A DNA stretch of 16,142 nucleotides from Octopus sinensis (GCF_006345805.1 NW_021825212.1:1-16142), one strand, 5' to 3'; shown: positions 1 to 8,626, numbered from the stretch's first letter. The notes: generated by a model not told the origin, from the sequence alone. A program made the numbers and translations.

Positions 1-669
1 CATATTTATGTACATATGTTATGTATATATATACTATCTATTATATATACATATATTTATACATATGTATATAAATGTATATACATATATATATTATTAT
101 ATATATATATATATATAGATATATATATTATAATGCACACAAGAAGACACAACATACTACACACACACACACACAAGGAGACAGAGACAGATAGAACGGC
201 AGAGACGAGTGGAGACAGAAGAAAGAGAGAAAGAGCGAGAGAGAAACTTGGAGGTAGAGAAACAAAAGGATTTAAATCATAGCCTTAAGTTCTCGTCCAT
301 CTGAACATTGTTCTGTGATATCACTCTTATTTTTGTCTTCTACACACACACACACACACACACACACATAAGGTTACAGGACGTCACCAGTAGTGCAAAT
401 AACATAAAACACGTAAACAAACGAGGGAAAAACGAGAAAATATATAAAATGTGACCTCGTGTGTACCGTTGGCGATTTTATTTTTCCTCTGTCTTCCGTT
501 ATCTGGATCTTTCCTTCTCCTATGTTTCCGACGAAGAGCTCCGCGCTCGAAACGTTAAACGCTCCTTCTTTCCTTCTTTCCTGAGCGTTCAATAATACTA
601 TATTTGTTCCACGTCCTCGCGTTGTTGTGTTTTCTCTTTGTGTTTTCTTGTTTGGATTAACTATATACA

Positions 670-943
670 TTACGTGACCGACCAGGCTATCAGATGTTGT
701 TACACATCGCTGGTCATAGTGCGTTTTTTTTTTTTGGTGGGGGATAGTTTTAGCCTTGAAATGACACCACTCTGCTGGCTAGGCGAGCAGGTCAAGATTC
801 CCACCTCACCGAAAGGGAGGCTGAAGCAGTGTGAAAAAAAGGGTTTTGCGCAAGAAGACAACGCGCCGCTCAATCTGGGAATTGAACCCACGATCTACTG
901 ATCATGAGTTCAACGGCCTAACTACTTGGCCACATGCCCTCAC
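670..943 (-). mobile_element. tRNA-derived SINE, family B, near full length
   Basis: Minus strand opens GTGAGGGCATGTGGCCAAGTAGTTAGG (A-box-like) and GGGTTCAATTCCC (B box). The 3' part (CCTGCTCGCCTAGCCAGC...AAGGCTAAAAC...TGACCAGCGATGTGTAACAACATCTGATAGCCTGG) matches the 3' part of the copy at 4326-4637. Confidence 0.8.
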
Positions 944-1000
944 GTATGTATGTATGTATGTATGTATGTATGTATGTATGTATGTATGTATGTATGTACG

Positions 1001-1031
<31 letters not shown>

Positions 1032-1039
1032 TATATATA
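944..1039. repeat. (TATG)n + (TA)n microsatellite between two divergent SINEs
   Basis: Read directly from the sequence. Confidence 0.95.
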
Positions 1040-1441
1040 GGCGCAGATGTGGGTGTGTGATAAGAAGATTGCTTACCAACCACATGGTTCTGGGTTCAGT
1101 CCTACTGCGTAGCACCTTGGGCAAGTGTCTTCTGCTATAGCCTCGCGACGACCAGAGCCTTGTGAGTGGATTTGGTAGACAGAAACTGAAAGAAGCACCT
1201 CGTATATGTGTGTGTATATGTATGTGTGTGTAGGTGTGTGTGTGTATGTGTGTGTCTGTGTTTGACCCCCACCATCGCTTGACAACCGGTGTTCCTTTGT
1301 ATACGTCCCATTAACTTAGCAGTTTCGCAAAAGTCACTGATAGAATAAGTACTAGGCTTACAAAGTATAAGTCCTGGGGTCGATTTGTTCGAATAAAGGC
1401 GGTGCTCCACCATGGCCGCAATCAGACAACTGAAACAAGTA
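1040..1441 (+). mobile_element. tRNA-derived SINE, family A, full length (CORE-like centre, internal TG microsatellite)
   Basis: Starts GGCGCAG with a degenerate A box and B box GGTTCAGTCC. Centre CACCTTGGGCAAGTGTCTT resembles the CORE-SINE motif. (TG)n at ~1206-1260; 3' end CTGAAACAAGTA. Five further homologous copies occur in the window. Confidence 0.9.
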
Positions 1442-1485
1442 CTACATACATATATACATATACATATATATATATATATATATAT

Positions 1486-1627
1486 AAATTCAACTTAAAT
1501 GTTGAAGTGAATCGAACGGCTTTTGTGTGTTTCTTAAATGGCTTACAAACACCTTCCACGCTGCAATTGTTTTCGTTTCAGCACACGATCTCAGATCAAG
1601 TCACTTGCTATGCAAGTACATCTCCGT
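1486..1627 (+). mobile_element. Short non-coding Penelope-like (pLTR-type) repeat, second copy of the 5842-6088 insert, without the ribozyme
   Basis: Closely matches the reverse complement of 5842-5981 (AAATTCAA.TTAAATGTTGAAGTG...CAAGTACATCTCCGT), has the same 3' end, and is flanked by (TA)n on both sides. Confidence 0.8.
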
Positions 1628-1886
1628 AACACATATATATATATATATATATATACAAAATAAGAAAATGGAGAAATACATCTAAATCATTAATCAACTA
1701 CCAGATAATACCCAATCACATACTTTATTAACCACTACATAAGAACATTAGGGTTAAACATAAAAATATATAACAAACAGCGTACACGAATGAGTTATAC
1801 AATACAATAAGTACAATCATTATAAGAGGATATATTGGATATATGTTATCCCATGGAGGGTTGAATTTGCAACCCCTATCTCAATT

Positions 1887-1888
<2 letters not shown>

Positions 1889-1931
<43 letters not shown>

Positions 1932-2066
1932 TTAATTTTGTTTATATGTCTATATGTATGTACGTATGTATGTATGTATGTATGTATGTATGTATGTATG
2001 TATGTATGTATGTACGTATGTATGTATGTATGTATGTATGTATGTATGTATGTATGTATGTATGTA
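1889..2066. repeat. (TA)n and (TATG)n microsatellites
   Basis: Read directly from the sequence. Confidence 0.95.
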
Positions 2067-2237
2067 TTGCTATCTTTGTCGTATAGTCGTCGCCCAACTC
2101 TAACTGCAGAAGCGTATATCACACAGACAGTGAACGGTGGAGTGTGGAGCTTTTCTGGTTTTCAACTTGTTGCTGCAAACAGACTGCACCATTCTATGTC
2201 CAGTCGGTCATTCACTTCTAGTATCTTCTTTTCGTTT

Positions 2238-2545
2238 TCCGTGTTAAATTCTTCAGTAAGATAGCGGAACACAAGACTGATACTACAAGACAGTGAACGG
2301 CTTCCGTTCTTGAAAGAATTACGCAGATGGTAGAATCCACCAAAACATAGGATGAGATTCTCTTCTCCATCTTCTCTGTCTCTGAGCTCATTCGCTTTCT
2401 TTCCTTCTTTCTTTCTTTCTTTCTTTCTTTCTTCGCTTCTTTCTTTTAATAATTTGTTTGTGTTCAGCTCTGTCGCCCCCCCCCCCTTATAATTCGAAAT
2501 ATCCAACTCGTTTTCTTTCTCCACCTCCACTCTCTCTCTCTCTCA
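2238..2545 (-). repeat. Left arm of an old inverted duplication (partner 3128-3425)
   Basis: 2297-2319 is the exact 23-bp reverse complement of 3326-3348. Patchy colinear similarity extends on both sides, through the (GAAA)n tract and the GAACAC motif. Confidence 0.8.
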
Positions 2546-2572
2546 GACAGACAGAGAGACAGACAAACAGTC

Positions 2573-2650
<78 letters not shown>

Positions 2651-2663
2651 GTAGATAGATAGA
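2573..2663. repeat. (AGAT)n microsatellite
   Basis: Read directly from the sequence. Confidence 0.95.
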
Positions 2664-2705
2664 ACAATGAATGGAAAGATTGGTGAGTGATATATATATA
2701 TATAT

Positions 2706-3065
2706 ATTTTATATTTTATATTTTATATTTTATATTTTATAGTTTATATTTAATTGTTGATAGGTTTTTTTAGTTTTTAGTTTATATATTGTTTATATAT
2801 TGTTTATATATTGATTATATATGGATTATATAGCGGTTATATATGGATTATATACTTATATTTTTTCATTCATACTTTAATTATTTTAAAATTATTATTT
2901 TTATATTTTTAAAATATTGATTTTTAGATTGGAAGTCCACCTGAAGATTGTCGATCAAGACAAGAAACGATTGTAGTGGCGGTTTTTTTGACTATTTATT
3001 AAATTTTATGTATTGATTAAGTCTTTCCTTGTTTGTTTTGCAAAATATTGGTTTTGTCTCTAATA

Positions 3066-3072
<7 letters not shown>
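2706..3072 (+). mobile_element. Probable Penelope-like element terminal (pLTR) fragment carrying the hammerhead
   Basis: T-rich segment, then the hammerhead, then a polyA-like signal, bounded by (TA)n on both sides. This layout is typical of PLE terminal repeats; no RT or GIY-YIG ORF is present. Confidence 0.5.
2937..2979 (+). ncRNA. Minimal type I hammerhead ribozyme motif with canonical core
   Basis: Stem I CCAC (2937-40)/GTGG (2976-79); core CTGAAGA (2941-47); stem II TTGTC (2948-52)/GACAA (2959-63); GAAA (2964-67); short near-palindromic stem III ACGATTGT; cleavage triplet GUA (2973-75). ATTAAA follows at ~2998. Confidence 0.8.
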
Positions 3073-3106
<34 letters not shown>

Positions 3107-3127
3107 ATAGATATAAGCAAAGGTACT

Positions 3128-3217
3128 GAGAGGGAGCGAGAGAGAAAGAGGGAGAGAGAGAGTTAGACTATGATGAAGAAGAGAGGGTAACATAGACGAA
3201 CACGGAGAAACTGTTGA

Positions 3218-3256
<39 letters not shown>

Positions 3257-3425
3257 GAATCGAAGACAGAAGTATAAAGATGGAAATCGTATTCTATGTC
3301 TTCGTGAATCCTATCAACTACAACCATTCTTTCAAGAACGGAAGCCGTCCACTGCCTTGTGTTAAGAATCCTGTGTTGCTGCCGCTGCTGCTGCTGCTGT
3401 TATCTCAATGAAGAACTTTTGCGGA
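3128..3425 (+). repeat. Right arm of an old inverted duplication (partner 2238-2545)
   Basis: Shares ATTCTTTCAAGAACGGAAGCCGT, AAGATGGA, CTATGT, (GAAA)n and TATCT...TGAAGAA with the minus strand of the left arm. Confidence 0.8.
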
Positions 3426-3741
3426 TCTCTTGAAATTTCCAATTCCCGCTTTAGAGAATTAATCTGGATTAACAGAACAATTCAAACAATTAGATTTATT
3501 TAATACCGAAAATTCAAAGAATTTTCACTACTTTTGATAATATATAGGAAAACTGTATCATCATCATCATCATCATTATCATCATAAATACCACCAACGT
3601 CATCATCAACATCATCCTCATCGTCGTCGTCCAACAACACACATACACACATATATTCATATATATATAAATATGTATATATATATATATATATATATAC
3701 ATACATACATATACAAATCTACAAGCATGTGTGTGTATGTG

Positions 3742-3779
<38 letters not shown>

Positions 3780-3781
<2 letters not shown>

Positions 3782-3942
3782 CGCAGCAGTGGCTCTGTGG
3801 TATGCAGCTTGCTAACGAACCACACGGTTCCAGGTTCAGTCCTACTGCGTGGCATCTTGGGTGAGTGTCTTCTACTATAGCCTCGGCCCGACCAAAGCCT
3901 TGTGAGTGGATTTGGTAGATAGAAACTGAAAGAAGCCCGTCG

Positions 3943-3974
<32 letters not shown>

Positions 3975-3990
3975 TGTATGTTTATCCCCG
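3780..3990 (+). mobile_element. SINE family A, 5' half
   Basis: A box TGGCTCTGTGG (3790-3800) and B box GGTTCAGTCC (3833-42). Homologous to 1040-1203; breaks off just after the internal (TA)n. Confidence 0.9.
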
Positions 3991-4026
3991 TACATACCAA
4001 CAAAACTATAAAAGCTAATAAACTGG

Positions 4027-4113
4027 TTATTATTATTATTATTATTATTATTATTGAGTGAAAGAGCAGTGCATGCCATCAATGTGACACTGGGGTAAAA
4101 TATTCGAAGCCTA
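4027..4113 (-). mobile_element. 3' end of a retroposon with an (AAT)n tail
   Basis: Minus strand reads ...TTTTACCCCAGTGTCACATTGATGGCATGCACTGCTCTTTCACTC-(AAT)n. A trinucleotide tail abutting unique sequence is typical of SINE/LINE 3' ends. Only one copy is in the window. Confidence 0.5.
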
Positions 4114-4325
4114 GTATATAATTCACATATCGTTCTATATTTCTCATTTATTTGGTTTCGGATGTTTTCTTTCCTTTACCCCTCCTCTTTCTATAGGCTA
4201 CCTTTGGCGTTACATCCCCTAACATTTTTTTTTTAAACTTAATAGCGTTCAGTTCATCACTTTACATATCCATCATATTCTGTTAAAATGTCTTATTGAC
4301 GAGTTTCATTTCTTCACTTCCCTGT

Positions 4326-4637
4326 GGAGGCAGAATGGCCCAGTGGTTAGGGCAGCGTACTCGCAGTCGTAGGATCGCGGTTTTGATTCCCAGACCGAGC
4401 GTTGTGAGTGTTTATTGAGCGAAAACACCTAAAAGCTCCACGACGCTCCGGCAGGGGGTGGTGATCCCTGCTGTACTCTTCCGCCACAACTTTCTCTCAC
4501 TCTTTCTTCTGCTGTTGGCCTGCTCGCTTAGCCAGCGGGGTGGCGTCAATTGAAGGCTAAAACAATGCGAAGTGCATTGTGACCAGTGATGTGTAGCAAC
4601 ATCTGATAGCCTGGAAGGTCACGGTGATCACTGTGAT
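4326..4637 (+). mobile_element. tRNA-derived SINE, family B variant, full length
   Basis: A box TGGCCCAGTGG (4336-46) and B box GGTTTTGATTCC (4379-90). 3' half is homologous to 670-800 (-). Ends in GTGATCAC-type repeats and (TA)n. Confidence 0.85.
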
Positions 4638-4711
4638 ATATATATATATATATAATATATATATATTATATATATATAGAGAGAGAGAGAGAGGGGGGGA
4701 GATACATACAT

Positions 4712-4873
4712 ACGACAGGTTACTTTCAGTTTCGGTCTATCAAATTCGTCACAAGGCTTTGGTCGGCCCAGAGCTATAGTGAAAAGAGTTGCCTAAGGTT
4801 CCGCGTACTGTGACTGAACCCAAGACCATATGGTTGGGAAGCAAGCATCTTACTACAGAGCCACGGCTGCACC
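4712..4873 (-). mobile_element. SINE family A, diverged 5' half
   Basis: Reverse complement aligns to 1040-1203 (GGTGCAGCCGTGGCTCTGTAGTAAG...CCAACCATATGG...GGGTTCAGTCAC...GAAACTGAAAG). Confidence 0.85.
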
Positions 4874-5431
4874 TTTGTATATAACAACTACTAAATACTA
4901 TTGAAAACCTTACGTACCAATCCCATCAGGAGAGAAAAGATAATTTAGACTAGCGCTAACCAATTTACAAGATTTATGGCGATAAGGAGATAGATCTGAA
5001 GGAAGAAATGTCTTGTCCCAGAGTTCCAGTATTGATGGATGGAAGCAGGAATCGGAAATGGGATGTTTTGAAATGAACTGCTGCCGTTCAAGTTAATGGT
5101 GGTTAACGATATGGCTAACAGAAAATATGTTGCGGGAAAGACTGCATACTAATAAGGCACATCGACTGTAGGCTCTCTTAATTTGGAGGTGCGAAATATT
5201 ACAGCACGTGTACGTGTATGTATGTGGGTTTATTGTGTGTGTGTGTGTGTGTGTACACAAGAACGTGTATACATCTATATACACCCTGAAACATGTGTAT
5301 CTCTCTCGCTCTCTTTCTCTCACCCTGTCAGTCTATCAGTGTATGTTGTGTATGTATGTATATGGAGTCACATATGCAATAAATACACACACATACACAC
5401 AAGCATACATACATACATATATATGTGGTGA

Positions 5432-5650
5432 GGGAGCAGTTGTGAGTGAGTGAGTGGTAAGAAATTTGCTTCCCAACCACATGGTTCCGGGTTCAGTCCC
5501 ACTACAAGCAATCGTATTCCGCTATAGCTTTGGGCCGACCAAAGACTTGTGAGCGAATTTGATTGACGGAAACTGAACGCAGGCTGCGATATATGTGTGT
5601 TTGTGTGTGTGCGTGCGTGCGTGTGTGTTTACACATATACATATAAATGT

Positions 5651-5715
<65 letters not shown>

Positions 5716-5761
5716 TGCGTGCGTGCGTGTCCTCTCACCGCTTACTAACTATCGTTGGTGT
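5432..5761 (+). mobile_element. SINE family A, diverged, with expanded internal (TG)n, 3'-truncated
   Basis: TTGCTTCCCAACCACATGGTTCCGGGTTCAGTCCCACT...GGCCGACCAAAG...GACGGAAACTGAA, followed by ~135 bp of TG repeat. Confidence 0.8.
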
Positions 5762-5841
5762 GACGTCTACATTACGCTAAAATGAAAATAAAACTGTCAT
5801 CTCATTTTAGTAGACATATTTACCAAAATAATATTAAATAA

Positions 5842-6088
5842 CGGAGATGTACTTGCATAGCAAGTGACCTGATCTGAGATCGTGTGCTGGAACGGAAACA
5901 ATTGCAGCGTGGAAGGTGTTTATAAGCCATTTAAGAAACACACGAACCCGTTAGATCCACTTCAACATTTAAATTGAATTTGTCAAAATATTTTCGTCGC
6001 TTTGAGAACGCGACCTGTTCACTGACAAAACTTCATGCTAACGGTTTTGTGTGTTTCTTAAATGGCTTATAAACACCTTCCACGCTGC
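5842..6088 (-). mobile_element. Non-autonomous Penelope-like insert with hammerhead motif, inverted arm and 12-bp TSD
   Basis: Direct repeat AATATTAAATAA at 5830-5841 and 6089-6100. Inverted arms 5901-5954/6038-6091 match at 52/54. A second copy lies at 1486-1627. Confidence 0.8.
5979..6029 (-). ncRNA. Variant minimal type I hammerhead ribozyme motif (G3-C8 core)
   Basis: Minus strand: UUUGUCA-GUGAACA-G-GUCGC-GUUCUCAAA-GCGAC-GAAA-AUAU-UU-UGACAAA. This gives a 7-bp stem I, 5-bp stem II, GAAA and palindromic stem III AAUAUU. Predicted cleavage is after UUU, between 5986 and 5985. Confidence 0.65.
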
Positions 6089-6149
6089 AATATTAAATAA
6101 TATCTTGAAATACTAAAGAATAAATATATTTAATTAAATCGCCATTCTC

Positions 6150-6700
6150 CAGCAACTCTTTTGGACGGTTTCCTTGTTTAAGTTGGTGAATGCTGGTGAA
6201 TGCCATAATCTTTGCTTTTAGTTCATCTTTGGTGCTACAAAGAGTTTTGTTGGTCTCTCGCTCAACTGCGCCCCACACATAATAATCAAGGGGGGTTGCA
6301 GTCTGGGAAGATAGGGGGCCAGATTTTAGGGGTTGATGTGGTCACAGAAATTGTCTGACAGCCATGACTAGGTTCTCCTGTTTGTGTGCCATGGTGCAGA
6401 GTCCTGTTGCCAGACACTGGGTCCTCCAGCACCCACCTTCTTGACCCAGGGCAGCACTACCTCCTCCAGGCACTTGTAGGCATCAGTGTTGAGTCTAAGG
6501 CCGTGTGGGAAAGGAGACATAATGTCGCTATCACTAGTGATCACTTCAAACACCTTCGTAGTCACCGCTAGTTTCATCCAACTCTTTCCGAATCCTCTGC
6601 ACTGTCCTCGGATTGACACCCAAACACTCTGGAATATTAGTATTGGAACTTCCGGCACGAATGCCAAGCAGTACAGCATCCGTTTCCAAATTTCTGGCAG
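6150..6700 (-). pseudogene. DD37D (maT) transposase pseudogene
   Basis: HTH-like AVLLGIRAGSSNTNIPECLGVNPRTVQRIRKELDE (~6575-6680) is joined out of frame to VFEVITSD..PF.PHGLRLNTDAY..LEEVVLPW..WQQDSAPWHT..*..WPP..PDCNPLDYYVWGAVERETNK. The second D (6401-03) and third D (6285-87) are 113 nt apart, i.e. 37 codons plus two 1-nt insertions. In-frame TAG at 6368-70. Confidence 0.9.
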
Positions 6701-6863
6701 AGGGAATTACGCAATGGTGCTGTTTTTCTCACAGATGGTGCCCAACTGACCCTACTATGCTGTGTAGTCAACAAAATCAAAACCAAACAATGTGCATGCG
6801 CGAAATTAAAAATATAAAATGGCGACAATTTACCCATCGAACCATGTATGCCTTATGTATGTA

Positions 6864-7231
6864 TTTTTTTTTCTTTTACTTGTTTCAGTCATTTGGTTGC
6901 GGCCATGCTGGAGCACCGCCTCTAGTCGAGCAAATCGACCCCGGCACTTATTCTTTGTAAGCCCAGTACTTATTCTATCAGTCTCTTTTGCCGAACCGCC
7001 TCAGTGACGGGGACGTAAACACACCAGCATCGGTTGTCAAGCAATGCTAGGGGGACAACACAGACACACAACACAACACACACCCAACACATATATATAG
7101 TATATATATAACTATATACGACAGGCTTCTTTCAGTTTCCTCTACCAAATCCACTCACAAGGCATTGGTAGCAGAAGACACTTGCCCAAGATGCCACGCA
7201 GTGGGACTGAACCCGGAACCATGTGGTTGGT
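6864..7231 (-). mobile_element. SINE family A, 5'-truncated, with A-rich tail
   Basis: Reverse complement aligns with 1075-1441, with a small internal deletion near 7168. The T-run at 6864-77 is the tail. Confidence 0.9.
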
Positions 7232-7495
7232 TATGTATGTATGTATGTATGTATGTATGTATGTATGTATGTATGTATGTATGTATGTATGTATGTACGT
7301 GTGTGTGTGTGTATGTATGCATGCATGTATGTATGTGTGTGTATGTTTGTATGTGTCATTTTTATGTTTACATGTGTGTGTGCGTGTGTGTGTGTGTGTG
7401 TGTATGTGTGTGTGTGTATGTGTGTGTATGTATGTGTGTGTGTGTGTATGTGTGTGTGAGTGTCTGTCTGTGTGTGCTTATGTGCGTGTGTATTA
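7232..7495. repeat. (TATG)n/(TG)n compound microsatellite
   Basis: Read directly from the sequence. Confidence 0.95.
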
Positions 7496-7703
7496 TGCTG
7501 TATCCGTCTGCGTAAATGTCTCTCGGTCTGATGTATTGCCAGACATCTCAGAGTTAAACAAAGCTAGATACCGCCGTCAGTGTTATGGTGATGTGTGACA
7601 AGGTAATGAACGCTTAAGAGACAGCTTGTAGCTTTCGAGGTGGTCATGGAGTTGGATTGGGGGAGAGGTGGGCGAAAGAGGAAATAAGATAAAGTTGCTA
7701 GCA

Positions 7704-7723
7704 TGTATGTGTGCATACGTGTA

Positions 7724-7755
<32 letters not shown>

Positions 7756-7834
7756 AGTATGTATGTATGTATGTATGTATGTATATACACATACATACCA
7801 CACGTATCACACATATACAAGCACGTATATATAT

Positions 7835-7872
<38 letters not shown>

Positions 7873-7903
7873 TCATACATACATACACCCTTATACACAC
7901 ACA

Positions 7904-7942
<39 letters not shown>

Positions 7943-7960
7943 ACACACATATATATATAT
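7704..7960. repeat. (TATG)n/(TA)n/(CA)n compound microsatellite
   Basis: Read directly from the sequence. Confidence 0.9.
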
Positions 7961-8004
7961 TGTGCACCGGTGTAATTTATGACAAGGTTAACTTAAAATA
8001 GTTG

Positions 8005-8082
8005 CATCGTCGTCGTCATCATCATCATCATCACCATCATCGTCATCATCATCATCATCATCATCATCACCATCATCATCAC

Positions 8083-8129
<47 letters not shown>

Positions 8130-8271
8130 CCATCATCGTCATCATCATCATCATCATCACCATCATCGTCATCATCATCATCATCATCATCATCACCATC
8201 ATCATCACCATCATCATCATCATCATCATCATCATCACATCATCATCACCATCATCGTCATCATCATCGTC

Positions 8272-8338
<67 letters not shown>

Positions 8339-8361
8339 CCATCATCGTCATCATCATCGTC

Positions 8362-8393
<32 letters not shown>

Positions 8394-8406
8394 CATCATC
8401 ATCGTC

Positions 8407-8437
<31 letters not shown>

Positions 8438-8446
8438 CCATCATCG

Positions 8447-8500
<54 letters not shown>

Positions 8501-8509
8501 CCATCATCG

Positions 8510-8542
<33 letters not shown>

Positions 8543-8564
8543 CCATCATCATCATCATTATCAC
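8005..8564. repeat. ~560-bp (CAT)n array with CAC/CGT variant triplets
   Basis: Read directly. The block CAC-CAT-CAT-CGT recurs, and there is a 1-nt phase slip at ~8237. Confidence 0.97.
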
Positions 8565-8626
8565 TATTTGTTGCTGTTGCAGGCGGTCGTAATTTCAGAA
8601 ATCTCGATGCGTGCGCTCCAGAGTTT

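Larger units (their letters stand above)
5762..6846 (-). mobile_element. Decayed Tc1/mariner DNA transposon, DD37D (maT) type, internally deleted and interrupted by an insert at 5842-6088
   Basis: Transposase remnants are present. The putative 5' end on the minus strand is TA|CATGGTTCGATGGGTAAATTGTCGCC (TA at 6847-48). The 3' non-coding part appears to resume left of the insert and is truncated near 5762; that boundary is approximate. Confidence 0.8.

Noticed and set aside
374-670. 98-aa ORF on the minus strand
   Set aside because: No recognisable homology or convincing exon boundaries.
1656-1885. AT-rich island between TA runs, minus strand TGTAGTGGTTAATAAA resembling a pLTR end
   Set aside because: No hammerhead core or second copy is visible; similarity to 2972-2979 is only ~8 nt.
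4326-4400. Possible tRNA gene
   Set aside because: It has A/B boxes but no clean cloverleaf and continues into a SINE body shared with other copies.
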